From a virus, in IMG/VR virus record IMGVR_UViG_3300046804_004458, positions 1-64,000 of that record: a stretch of 64,000 nt of DNA, one strand, 5' to 3'. The notes under the pieces were generated by a model. The model was not told the DNA's origin and searched no databases. It worked only from the letters and a program-made list of their open reading frames with translations. How positions within the stretch are numbered: position 1 is the stretch's first letter; each line of letters opens with the position of its first letter. This document shows positions 18,624 to 27,268 of the stretch, piece by piece. The position numbers were made by a program, and so were the translations under genes.

Positions 18624-19176
18624 CGGAATACAAATTGATAGTATTGAGGAACAAATGACTGTTATGTACTTTGAGGAACTTATAGAGGCCGGGTATGTAG
18701 AAAAACTTGAAAGAGCTCCTACCTATACTCTTTCTGAAAGGTTAGAGCATAGATATACCCAAGTAGTAGAAATGAAAACAAAGACAAAAGAAGTTGAAAA
18801 GAATCAGGTACTTCTTGAATCTCATGTTTACACTCCTGAGTTTCTTGTAAACTGGACACATGCAGGAGCTGCATTATTTGTAGACAGGATGAATAAAAAG
18901 AGCAAAATAGATGCACATTTTATCGGTGCTTATCGTACTCTTATTGAAGTAAAACCAAACTTTGATCAGAACAATATGACCCGGCTTTTTAAGATCAACC
19001 AGAAGTGGATGTGGGAAAAACATAAGCTATTTGTAAATCTTATACAACCTCATAAGTTGTTTGAGCAAACATTCACTCCAACTGCTTATTTAAAAACTGC
19101 AACAGGAAAGCAAAAAGTGATTCATTGGAAAGTACGTTCAATGGAAAATTATATTACATCCTTAAATAACAACTAA
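18589..19176 (+). CDS. PD-(D/E)xK endonuclease (DUF1064-like)
   Basis: YNGI..DS.EE, YTPEF, IEVKP, FKINQKW. Confidence 0.65.
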   Translation: MSKEKNEKKYYNGIQIDSIEEQMTVMYFEELIEAGYVEKLERAPTYTLSERLEHRYTQVVEMKTKTKEVEKNQVLLESHVYTPEFLVNWTHAGAALFVDRMNKKSKIDAHFIGAYRTLIEVKPNFDQNNMTRLFKINQKWMWEKHKLFVNLIQPHKLFEQTFTPTAYLKTATGKQKVIHWKVRSMENYITSLNNN

Positions 19177-19181
19177 TAATC

Positions 19182-19391
19182 ATGGCAAAGACAAAAAAAG
19201 CAACACCGGATACACCTGAAGTAAAAGTATTAAAAGAAATAAAAGATACTATCCTTAAACAATGGAAAGAAGCTAATGGGGCTATGGACCAAACACACAG
19301 GTTGGGCAATAATATATACAATACTGCCATAGCTGATTGTATTAGTGCAATAAATACAAAAATATTTAGGATAGAAAATAAAAAGAAATAA
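19182..19391 (+). CDS. Hypothetical protein
   Basis: Operon-packed ORF. Confidence 0.6.
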   Translation: MAKTKKATPDTPEVKVLKEIKDTILKQWKEANGAMDQTHRLGNNIYNTAIADCISAINTKIFRIENKKK

Positions 19392-19392
19392 T

Positions 19393-20478
19393 ATGAATAT
19401 TACAAAGAAAGTAGAACAATCACGTATATCAGAGCAAACCTATAGAGGTTTAAAAGACAGGCTTTCATACAGCTCCATCAAAAAGTTTGATTCAGACAGA
19501 CAAGCTTTTTACAAAGAAATGGTTCTTGGTGAAGTAAAAGAAGATAAGATATCCATCCCCATCATTATGGGACACCTGGTACATACTTTATTATCAGGTA
19601 TGGACTTTGATGAGAAGTTTCACATAGCTGTAGCTAATGAGCCTAAAGGACAAATGGCTGATCTTGTAAATAACCTGTATAACAGAACTTTAAAAAGCAT
19701 AGACAAGGAAACAGGTATACAAACAGATAGTTTTGAGACAATCTTTATGGATGCAGTCACAACTACTAAGTATGACTTTAATATGCAGGAAGTAGCATTT
19801 AAAGGGAAAGATGCAACTAAGATCTTAAGTATGTTTACAGGTGATGCTGAAATATATTACAAAGAAAAGATGGCATCAGTAGGAAAAATAATTGTATCTG
19901 TACCAACAATACAACAAGCAGAAAGACTGGTAGAGAAAATAAAAGCACACAATTATACTCAGTATTATGCTACAGTACAAACAGGTGATGGAATAGAAGT
20001 GTTTAATGAGCTACCTATTTTGTTTGAAATAAATGAGGTACCATATAAAGCAATGGTTGATAAGGTAATAGTAGACCATGAGCATAAAACAATAACACCG
20101 GTAGATTGGAAAACAAGTTGGGATAATGAGAATCCTCAGCAAGCCTATACAAAGTTTGGCTATTACCTACAAGCAGCTATGTATGACTATGCATTACATG
20201 AGTGGGCCAAGGAGCACAAAATGGAAGATTATACTATCTTACCAATGAAGTTCATCTTTATAGATACTGCAGGGTTTGCTGATCCAGTTATTTTAGAACT
20301 AAAAAAGGATGACCTGGACAAGGCTGTAAGTGGATTTACCCTAAGAGGTTTTAAATACAAAGGTATCTCTGATCTGCACCATGAAATAGCATGGCATGTA
20401 GAGACAGGTATATGGTCTTCTGCTATGGATATTTCCAAGAATAATGGCAGGGTTATACTTGATTTAAAGTATGAATAA
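19393..20478 (+). CDS. PD-(D/E)xK exonuclease (RecE/Cas4-like)
   Basis: LSYSSIK, MGHLVH, NELPI, KAMVDK, DWKTS, YYLQAAMY. Confidence 0.8.
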   Translation: MNITKKVEQSRISEQTYRGLKDRLSYSSIKKFDSDRQAFYKEMVLGEVKEDKISIPIIMGHLVHTLLSGMDFDEKFHIAVANEPKGQMADLVNNLYNRTLKSIDKETGIQTDSFETIFMDAVTTTKYDFNMQEVAFKGKDATKILSMFTGDAEIYYKEKMASVGKIIVSVPTIQQAERLVEKIKAHNYTQYYATVQTGDGIEVFNELPILFEINEVPYKAMVDKVIVDHEHKTITPVDWKTSWDNENPQQAYTKFGYYLQAAMYDYALHEWAKEHKMEDYTILPMKFIFIDTAGFADPVILELKKDDLDKAVSGFTLRGFKYKGISDLHHEIAWHVETGIWSSAMDISKNNGRVILDLKYE

Positions 20479-20503
20479 CAGTAAGAAATAGGTGTTAAAA
20501 TGC

Positions 20504-20545
20504 TTGCAAAAGGGCTGTAAATATTGTATATTTATAGCCCTTTTC
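20504..20545 (+). promoter_or_regulatory. Promoter (TTG-N20-TATATTTA) embedded in a terminator-like hairpin upstream of recA
   Basis: AAAAGGGCTGTAAATA...TATTTATAGCCCTTTT inverted repeat overlaps the promoter boxes. Confidence 0.6.
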
Positions 20546-20570
20546 TATTTTAAAAAATCAAACAAAACAT

Positions 20571-21563
20571 ATGGCAAAAGCAGCAACAACTGAGCAAGAA
20601 AAAGATATTCTTGCTGAAAAACTTAAGGCACTGGAAAAGAAATTTGGTGCAGGTACAATTATAATGGGTAGAGATACCAAAGAAGAGTTAGAAGTAGTAG
20701 ATAGTGGCTCATTGACACTTAATCTTGCTACTAACATTGGTGGTTTACCTGTAGGTAAATTAATAGAGCTATTGGGTATGGAATCCTCAGGTAAATCTAC
20801 TCTTACTCTGCATGCAATATCCAATTTTCAAAAGCTGGAAGGCAAATGTGTATTGGTAGACTATGAGCAATCATTTGACAGAACCTATGCAACTGCTCTG
20901 GGAGTAGACATGGATAAGCTAATTATCATTCAACCAGAGTGTATGGAAGATGGTTACAACATGACAGAGGAGTTAATTAAGACAGGTGATATAAGACTTG
21001 TAGTACATGACTCTCATACAGCAGCTATGCCAAGAAAAGTAGTAGATGGTGAAGTTGGTGATGTAACTATTGGCCTACAAGCAAGGTTAAACAGCCAAGG
21101 TCTTGGCAAAATTAAGCCACTTTTAAGGGATAATAGGTGCACTTTAATGGGCATATCCCAGATAAGACAGAATGTAGGTGGTTATGGTGACCCTAATCAG
21201 AGCACTGGTGGTCTGGCTTGGAAGTTCTACTCAGATATGAGGATGAAGGTAAACAAATCTGTTGATAAGGAGAATGAAGGTAATAAGACAACTGTAGAGA
21301 TAATCAAGAATAAATGTTCAGCACCATTTGGCAAAGCTGAGTTTGTCATTGATTGGGGAAAAGGCATAAGCCGGATGATGGAAATTATTAGCCTGGCACA
21401 GGATTTGAAATTCATAACAAGATCCGGGGCCTGGTATACTTTACCTAATGTAGAGAAGTCTGTACAGGGTGAGCAGGGGGTACTTCAGTTTTTATCTGAT
21501 AATCCTGAGTATGCCACGGAAATTGAAAGACAAGTATTGGAGAAGTTGAAAGAGTTGAAGTAA
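20571..21563 (+). CDS. recA: RecA recombinase
   Basis: GGLPVGKLIELLGMESSGKST, DYEQ, LQARL, ISQIR, TGGLAWKFYSDMR, KNK, GAWY. Confidence 0.95.
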   Translation: MAKAATTEQEKDILAEKLKALEKKFGAGTIIMGRDTKEELEVVDSGSLTLNLATNIGGLPVGKLIELLGMESSGKSTLTLHAISNFQKLEGKCVLVDYEQSFDRTYATALGVDMDKLIIIQPECMEDGYNMTEELIKTGDIRLVVHDSHTAAMPRKVVDGEVGDVTIGLQARLNSQGLGKIKPLLRDNRCTLMGISQIRQNVGGYGDPNQSTGGLAWKFYSDMRMKVNKSVDKENEGNKTTVEIIKNKCSAPFGKAEFVIDWGKGISRMMEIISLAQDLKFITRSGAWYTLPNVEKSVQGEQGVLQFLSDNPEYATEIERQVLEKLKELK

Positions 21564-21964
21564 TGAAAGAGCAGAATAAAGAGAGAAAGGAGAGTAAGCT
21601 ATCCAGCTTGTATGCACAGAGGGGCAAGTTGCAGAGTAAGATAGAGCAGGTGAAAAAAGAAGAGAAGAGGCTGAAGAAAGAGCTGGAAGTATTACAAGAA
21701 AGATTGGCTGGTGTACAAAAAGGCATACAATACCTAGAGACAAGAGAGATTCTTATTACAACACACTGTATAGAAAGATTCCGGGAAAGAATAGGGCCAT
21801 TAGATGCAGATGAAGATACTGTAAGAAAAGTGCTTATAACCCCACAGGTAAAAGAAATGATAAGAGTTCTTGGATCTGGTACTTACCCGGTATATGGTAC
21901 TATACAAATAGCTGTTGAGGATAACAAGATAATAACAGTTATAGACACAAACAAACCAAAATAA
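21563..21964 (+). CDS. Coiled-coil protein with C-terminal THCIERFRER domain
   Basis: TAATG coupling. The C-domain (H..ER...IITV) resembles RelE/DUF4258-like folds. Confidence 0.55.
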   Translation: MKEQNKERKESKLSSLYAQRGKLQSKIEQVKKEEKRLKKELEVLQERLAGVQKGIQYLETREILITTHCIERFRERIGPLDADEDTVRKVLITPQVKEMIRVLGSGTYPVYGTIQIAVEDNKIITVIDTNKPK

Positions 21965-21965
21965 T

Positions 21966-22202
21966 ATGCAAAAAGAACAACACAATTTTCATGGTGCTGA
22001 GTATGTTGAAGAGCATGAAAATAAAGACAAGCACACACTTGTACCTGCAGATATATATAGTTCTCTTGAGGAGATATTAGCAGATATTAATAACTCAAAA
22101 ATGTTTCCGTATAATTTGCTAAGAACTGTACCAGGTATAAAAGAAAAATTACAAAATACAATAAAATCTGGTGCCTATTTGCAAAAAGACGGTAAGAAAT
22201 AA
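21966..22202 (+). CDS. Hypothetical protein
   Basis: Operon-packed ORF. Confidence 0.55.
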   Translation: MQKEQHNFHGAEYVEEHENKDKHTLVPADIYSSLEEILADINNSKMFPYNLLRTVPGIKEKLQNTIKSGAYLQKDGKK

Positions 22203-22589
22203 TTGCTGACAATGAAAAGAGGAGTATTAAAAAGAAATAACAGTTCTCTAAAAAGAGGTGGGCCTATTAAAAAACGGCCCATCTCTCAAGAGAAAACAGA
22301 GCAAAAAAAGCAGACAAGAGAGAAAGATATTGCTTTCTACACTGGCATATGGAACAAGAGGCCACATATCTGTGGTAACTGTGGAAAGCATCTGGGGAAA
22401 GAAATGAAGAGCTTTCACTTTGATCATCTGATTGAAAAGAGTACACATCCTCAGTTTAGATATGAGGAAGATAATATCTTATTAGTTTGCTTTGACTGTC
22501 ATGGTAACAAAACAAATGGATTTCCTGGTGTTGTACATAAAAAGTGTATAGATAAAGTATTTCAGAAGTTTTTTGAAAAAAAGAGCTAA
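22203..22589 (+). CDS. Small HNH nuclease (NinG-like)
   Basis: CGNCG, HFDHLIEK, NILLVCFDCH. Confidence 0.75.
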   Translation: MLTMKRGVLKRNNSSLKRGGPIKKRPISQEKTEQKKQTREKDIAFYTGIWNKRPHICGNCGKHLGKEMKSFHFDHLIEKSTHPQFRYEEDNILLVCFDCHGNKTNGFPGVVHKKCIDKVFQKFFEKKS

Positions 22590-22643
22590 GAGTGGATTTA
22601 ATTACCTAAAAAGCATACACATTTAAAGTGTAAAAAACTAACT

Positions 22644-22928
22644 TTGGTTATATACTTTTTGTGTATGTTGTATAATTGTAATTGTGATCAGAGGGTAATA
22701 GATATTCCTGCCAAACTTTATTTTATAATCTCTGATGTAGAGCTTGAAAGGATGTGCATAGAGGGGTTTGGCTGCCAGATAAACAATGTATGGTATGCTT
22801 CATATGCAGAAACACATGGCATAGTCCTTACACCTGAGGAAGTTGAAGAATCAGAAGAAAAAGAATATGAGGAGGGGGATAGTCCTATTCAGGTTGATCT
22901 GAATTTGGAAGAGGACTATTGGGATTAA
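22644..22928 (+). CDS. Hypothetical acidic-tail protein (start uncertain)
   Basis: ORF. ATG near 22665 is more likely than TTG 22644. Confidence 0.55.
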   Translation: MVIYFLCMLYNCNCDQRVIDIPAKLYFIISDVELERMCIEGFGCQINNVWYASYAETHGIVLTPEEVEESEEKEYEEGDSPIQVDLNLEEDYWD

Positions 22929-23223
22929 TCTCAGCCATAAGACTATCTGTTAAAGACCGATATTCTACTTGATCATTTTCCTTAGCTACTCTTAATATTT
23001 CTTGTAATAACATTGTTGTAGCTACTACAGCATTTTCCCAAGGAGAAAGTATTTCTTCTGTGCCTGCCTTTTTTTCAAGGGCTAATACCTCTTCATTATG
23101 CCCATCAACAAGATATTGCAGCATTACTTGTAACCTCTTAATAAATGCAGTGCCTATTTTTACTTCCACAATTGCATCTTGTTTGATGTGAGGCAGCATT
23201 AAATCTTGTTGATTTTCTGACAT
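22885..23223 (-). CDS. Hypothetical protein
   Basis: Minus-strand ORF with its own promoter. Confidence 0.7.
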   Translation of the reverse strand: MSENQQDLMLPHIKQDAIVEVKIGTAFIKRLQVMLQYLVDGHNEEVLALEKKAGTEEILSPWENAVVATTMLLQEILRVAKENDQVEYRSLTDSLMAEINPNSPLPNSDQPE

Positions 23224-23246
23224 ATAGTAGGTAATTTTGTTGAAAA

Positions 23247-23276
23247 CAAAGGTAGTAAAAAAGTATAAGGATGCAA
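23247..23276 (-). promoter_or_regulatory. Bacteroidota promoter TTG-N19-TACCTTTG
   Basis: Exact TAnnTTTG box 24 nt upstream of the 23223 start. Confidence 0.65.
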
Positions 23277-23930
23277 GAGATTGTAAAAAAAATAAATGAA
23301 AAATTAAAAGAAAGTGGCTGGTATGATCAGTTAAGAATATTTTTAGAGTCTTTTGATTTTTTAAATATTATAAAAGAACTTAAAAGAAAAGTAGATGAAG
23401 ATAATCAAAGATTTTGTCCTGGTTTATCTAATGCCTTTGAATTTTTAGAAGCTGTTCCAGTTAGTAAGGTAAAAGCAGTAATGTTTACTGATTATCTGTG
23501 TAATAAGCTTGAGTATGTTACAGGAGTGCCTTTTTTATTGAATATGCCTGGAAACCCAGAGCTTAATGAACCGGGTGCCCTGTGTAAATCTGTAGACAAA
23601 AAAAGAAAGGGGGGCACTTACATTGTTAAGTCATGGTTAGATCAGGGAGTGCTTATAATCCCATTAGCCCTAACTACAAGAATAGATGGTAAGGCACATA
23701 GCAAATTGTGGGAACCTTTTATTATGAGAGTCATAGAGGTGATCAATAAAAAATACCCGGACATTCCATGGCTATTTGTAGGTGCCGGCACATGGAAGTA
23801 TGAAGAAGATATTGCATCTCCCCACGTAAGGAAGATGCAACTCAGGACAGTTTCTATTAGTGATACACAATGGTCACAATGGGCCAATGATGTTTTAGCA
23901 GCACAGGGCAAGCCAATTATAAATTGGTAA
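23271..23930 (+). CDS. Second UDG-fold protein, probably catalytically inactive
   Basis: SGWYDQL, FCP..AF, VKAV, SWLDQGVL, HSKLWEPF align to UDG, but GQDPY, the LLN Asn and the HP motif are missing. Confidence 0.7.
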   Translation: MQEIVKKINEKLKESGWYDQLRIFLESFDFLNIIKELKRKVDEDNQRFCPGLSNAFEFLEAVPVSKVKAVMFTDYLCNKLEYVTGVPFLLNMPGNPELNEPGALCKSVDKKRKGGTYIVKSWLDQGVLIIPLALTTRIDGKAHSKLWEPFIMRVIEVINKKYPDIPWLFVGAGTWKYEEDIASPHVRKMQLRTVSISDTQWSQWANDVLAAQGKPIINW

Positions 23931-24365
23931 CTACTTTATGGCCCTGTTAGTAACCCAACCAAAAAAGAACTTTTTATTGGTTGGTCTTTTCTCACATATT
24001 TTTACATAGTACTTTACAGTATTTAACTGTTTGTTTGCCATGTAAGTCTTATGTTTTATTGTTTTTATTTCTTCTTTATAATAGGAACAACTATCAGGTT
24101 GATCATATGATAGCTGTACTGTACCTGCTACAGGTGTGTTAAGAATAGAGGTAATGGTTTCAAAAAAGACTTTCTTTTCAGCAGGTTTCTTTTTGCATAA
24201 AGCCACACAAGCTTTTATATTTTTTAGTGGGATTTCTGCTTTGTATAGTTTTTCCATTGCTTTAGCCAATTCCATCTTGTAAACAAGACAACTATCCATT
24301 GGGCTTTGGGCCTGACTATTAATTGAGCACCCTATTATAAACAGGAACAGTACTATCTTTTTCAT
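23931..24365 (-). CDS. Secreted protein with two Cys-containing helical repeats
   Basis: Signal peptide MKKIVLFLFIIG..AQ. The repeat DSC..YK....C.K.P..KK.FF occurs twice. Confidence 0.65.
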   Translation of the reverse strand: MKKIVLFLFIIGCSINSQAQSPMDSCLVYKMELAKAMEKLYKAEIPLKNIKACVALCKKKPAEKKVFFETITSILNTPVAGTVQLSYDQPDSCSYYKEEIKTIKHKTYMANKQLNTVKYYVKICEKRPTNKKFFFGWVTNRAIK

Positions 24366-24797
24366 TTATGCCTCATTATTTTGGTTAAGAATATTTAAAG
24401 TACTGGTATCCATCTTACCTGTCTCAGGTATATCCAAAGACCTTTGGCATAAAACTACTGCCTGATGTACACCCATATTTACAGCAGAGTCAAAAAGATC
24501 TGCAGCCACTTCCTGGTTATGTATTTCATCTCCTTTTACTTTGTCCCAAAAGTGATGTTTATAAAAAGCATGACAGTCTGATTCCAAACCAGGTATCTCT
24601 GCTTCTGTAAAGATGTGCCCTGTTTTTGGTTGTCCATGTGCTGCTACCCAAGTTGCAATTTTTTCCCAACCAACCCATGTAGGAAAGTTCTTTTTAGTAA
24701 TTCCCCTATAAGTATATCCACCTGCATCAGCTGGATCATTTACAAAACCACCTTCTGCTTTAAGTGTATGCCCTATTGCTTTTTTAAAATCAGCCAT
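24366..24797 (-). CDS. Endolysin, glycoside hydrolase family 108
   Basis: EGGFVNDPADAGGYTYRGIT, FYK..FW, FDSAVNMG. Confidence 0.9.
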   Translation of the reverse strand: MADFKKAIGHTLKAEGGFVNDPADAGGYTYRGITKKNFPTWVGWEKIATWVAAHGQPKTGHIFTEAEIPGLESDCHAFYKHHFWDKVKGDEIHNQEVAADLFDSAVNMGVHQAVVLCQRSLDIPETGKMDTSTLNILNQNNEA

Positions 24798-24811
24798 TAT
24801 TTATTGTTTTT

Positions 24812-25507
24812 TTATTTTTTAAAATAATAAGTATGTACCATATCAGCAGCTATTCCTAATACAGCTACTATAAGACCACCCTCTATAAAAGACCTTGTTG
24901 AAACATATTTAGTTCTTCTCTCTTCTCTGTCTAATTTATATTTATAGTCCTCTACTCTCATTTCCATAGTAGTTTTGTATAAATCAAATTTACCCTGAGT
25001 TTCTGCTTTTGTAAGATCAACTTTAATTCTTTCAAAGTTAAGCCGATCATTCATAGCTTTTATAGTATCTTCTAAACTTTTACTTTTTAAAATAAGTTTT
25101 TCACTTTTTTCAGAAAGTAGTTTTAAGCTGCCTTCATAATCTTTATTTTTTATGTAAATAGCATTGCTGTAATCTGTCAAAAAGGAATTAGCTTCCGTAA
25201 GAGTATCTATTTTTTTATTTGCAGCCTTTATGTCTTCTTTAAACATTAAAAACTTCTTGTTCATGTCCTTTCCCTGTTGCACAGTCATTACAACTACTGT
25301 ATCCCCATCCAATACTTTAACCAAAGGATATTGAGATGGAGGTGGTGGAGGAACAGGTACAAGCTGTTGATTAGTTACCTGTGGGCTTACAGCTACATTA
25401 TTCGTCTGAGGTACCTGGTTTACTGTTGTCTGACTGACTGACTGGCAATAAGTTAAATGGCTTATTAACACGAACAACAGTGTCCCCAAGCTTGGCTTTA
25501 AGTTCAT
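24812..25507 (-). CDS. Exported coiled-coil protein, spanin-like
   Basis: Signal peptide, poly-Pro, coiled coil and C-terminal hydrophobic segment. Overlaps the lipoprotein gene. Confidence 0.5.
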   Translation of the reverse strand: MNLKPSLGTLLFVLISHLTYCQSVSQTTVNQVPQTNNVAVSPQVTNQQLVPVPPPPPSQYPLVKVLDGDTVVVMTVQQGKDMNKKFLMFKEDIKAANKKIDTLTEANSFLTDYSNAIYIKNKDYEGSLKLLSEKSEKLILKSKSLEDTIKAMNDRLNFERIKVDLTKAETQGKFDLYKTTMEMRVEDYKYKLDREERRTKYVSTRSFIEGGLIVAVLGIAADMVHTYYFKK

Positions 25508-25766
25508 TATTTTCTTTTTTAAGTACTACTACCTCATTATGTAACACTTCAATCTTTTTAACAGTCTTTTCTACTTTTTTTGAAATTGCCGAATCACTTT
25601 GCTGATTTGCTTTTCCAATTGAAGTAACACTGTTTTTACTTTTAAAAAGAACTGAGTCAAGTTTTTCATATTTATCTTTTATTGATGATGAAGAAAAATC
25701 ACTTGGATTATTACAAGCAATCATAACTATTGTTGAGATGTATACTATTGTTTTTATTATTTTCAT
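25398..25766 (-). CDS. Lipoprotein, spanin-like
   Basis: Lipobox MIAC plus coiled coil, in the lysis cassette. Confidence 0.55.
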   Translation of the reverse strand: MKIIKTIVYISTIVMIACNNPSDFSSSSIKDKYEKLDSVLFKSKNSVTSIGKANQQSDSAISKKVEKTVKKIEVLHNEVVVLKKENNELKAKLGDTVVRVNKPFNLLPVSQSDNSKPGTSDE

Positions 25767-25767
25767 A

Positions 25768-26106
25768 CTAGTTAATCTTGCCTAGTTGTTGTAATAATGC
25801 TATTTTAGACTCCGCAGCTGCAAGAGTACTATCAGACACTCTTAACTGGTTTACTACTCTGTCTACCTTATCTTCAAGAACTTGTATCTTTTTTCCTTGA
25901 TCTTCAATCTGTTTGGTGTAGTTCATTTTACCATCTACATATAAATAACCAATAGCCATAAGAACTATAAAAAGTAAACCTTTTACCGGATCTTTACTAA
26001 AATCTTTAAAACTTATGGGCATAACAGATGGAGCTTTGACTGCCACTGATTTACCAGTAGCAGCCTTCCCTCCTTGTTTAACCCCTGTGCTTTTAGCTGT
26101 TGCCAT
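25768..26106 (-). CDS. Single-TM coiled-coil lysis protein (holin/antiholin-like)
   Basis: GLLFIVLMAIGYLYV followed by a coiled coil. Confidence 0.55.
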   Translation of the reverse strand: MATAKSTGVKQGGKAATGKSVAVKAPSVMPISFKDFSKDPVKGLLFIVLMAIGYLYVDGKMNYTKQIEDQGKKIQVLEDKVDRVVNQLRVSDSTLAAAESKIALLQQLGKIN

Positions 26107-26366
26107 TAAGCTTCAGATTTAGTTTCTTTATTTGCAGATGGCTTTTTTGTAAATTTATCTATAGTATCTGCTCCCATACCAACTACAGTTATAACCATAA
26201 CTGCATTTACCAGCTCATTTGATGGCTTAATATCTCCATGTGAGTAACTATTAGCTAACATAGTTCCACTTAAAAATAAAGCACCTAGCAATGCTACAAC
26301 TGGTTTAATAGAGGTAACACCTCTTTCATCTTTAAAAAGGTCAATTAACCATGCTTTAAAGTTCAT
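26106..26366 (-). CDS. Putative holin (2 TM)
   Basis: 86 aa, two hydrophobic helices, charged tail. Confidence 0.6.
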   Translation of the reverse strand: MNFKAWLIDLFKDERGVTSIKPVVALLGALFLSGTMLANSYSHGDIKPSNELVNAVMVITVVGMGADTIDKFTKKPSANKETKSEA

Positions 26367-26376
26367 ATATATAATT

Positions 26377-26709
26377 TTAAGATTCTTTAAAAATTTTATA
26401 TTCTATGTATTGACAAGGCCGGCCTCCAGTCTGCTTAGGAACTCCTTTTACGGCCACCAAAGAGTTTGGAAGTATGTTACCCTTACTATCCAGCTGATAC
26501 CAGTATCTAAGGCCATTGGAAGGGAAGCATTGTACATACCCAGCAGGTGCCTCCATGACTGTACCTGTGAGCCTAGCCTCCCGGCACTTATATCCCTGAT
26601 CAATTTTATTGTTATTTGCTTTAGCATACATTGTACCAGGTATAGGATGTTGTGCTTCATCCAAGTGTACAAAATAATAAAGGCATGTTCTACTTGTTGT
26701 AGTACTCAT
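26377..26709 (-). CDS. Hypothetical protein with two internal repeats
   Basis: YYFVHLDEAQHPIPGTM and YWYQLDSKGNILPNSL. Confidence 0.7.
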   Translation of the reverse strand: MSTTTSRTCLYYFVHLDEAQHPIPGTMYAKANNNKIDQGYKCREARLTGTVMEAPAGYVQCFPSNGLRYWYQLDSKGNILPNSLVAVKGVPKQTGGRPCQYIEYKIFKES

Positions 26710-26730
26710 AATTAATAGTTTTTATCTCTC

Positions 26731-26766
26731 ACTATTAATATACAAAAAAACCGGCAGGAAGCCAAA
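26731..26766 (-). promoter_or_regulatory. Putative late promoter TTTG-N20-TATATTAATAGT
   Basis: Spacing identical to the other sites. Heads the lysis operon. Confidence 0.6.
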
Positions 26767-26795
26767 TTAAAATTAAATAAATGAATCAAAAAGAG

Positions 26796-26812
26796 TAAAC
26801 ATTTTATGTTTA
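26796..26812. promoter_or_regulatory. Palindromic operator-like site TAAACAT-TTT-ATGTTTA
   Basis: Perfect 7-bp arms. Near-copies at 52773 and 52798. Confidence 0.5.
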
Positions 26813-26845
26813 TGTTGTAAATTTGTAACTCTCCAAAGAAATATT

Positions 26846-27268
26846 ATGGTTATAAATAAAAAAATAACAAGAGGGGTTGTTCACGTTGTTCCTCATAAAT
26901 ACAACAGTGTATACAATGTATTAGAAAATGGGGATTTATGTATTAATATAGAACAAGTTGAAATACATAGACTAAAAGAAAAAATTGGAATGACTACAGT
27001 TAAAAAAACAGCTTCTATATCAGGTGAGTTTGAGTTTATGTTTAATATGGAATATAAAAGTAATCAAGGCCTACCTGGAAATATACATATAATAGAACAA
27101 TTAACACCTGTAGTAGAGGACTCTCCTGAGGAATATTTGTACTGGGATGAAAATAAAACTATGGTTCACCGTGACAACAGTGGTAATGTTATTTACAGAT
27201 ACCAACTATATTGCCCAAATGAACCATATAATACATCCGGTCAAATAGATACACTTTTAGTTATTTGA
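26846..27268 (+). CDS. Hypothetical protein, opposite strand within the late block
   Basis: ORF preceded by a TAAATTTG -7 box at 26818-26825. Confidence 0.6.
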   Translation: MVINKKITRGVVHVVPHKYNSVYNVLENGDLCINIEQVEIHRLKEKIGMTTVKKTASISGEFEFMFNMEYKSNQGLPGNIHIIEQLTPVVEDSPEEYLYWDENKTMVHRDNSGNVIYRYQLYCPNEPYNTSGQIDTLLVI

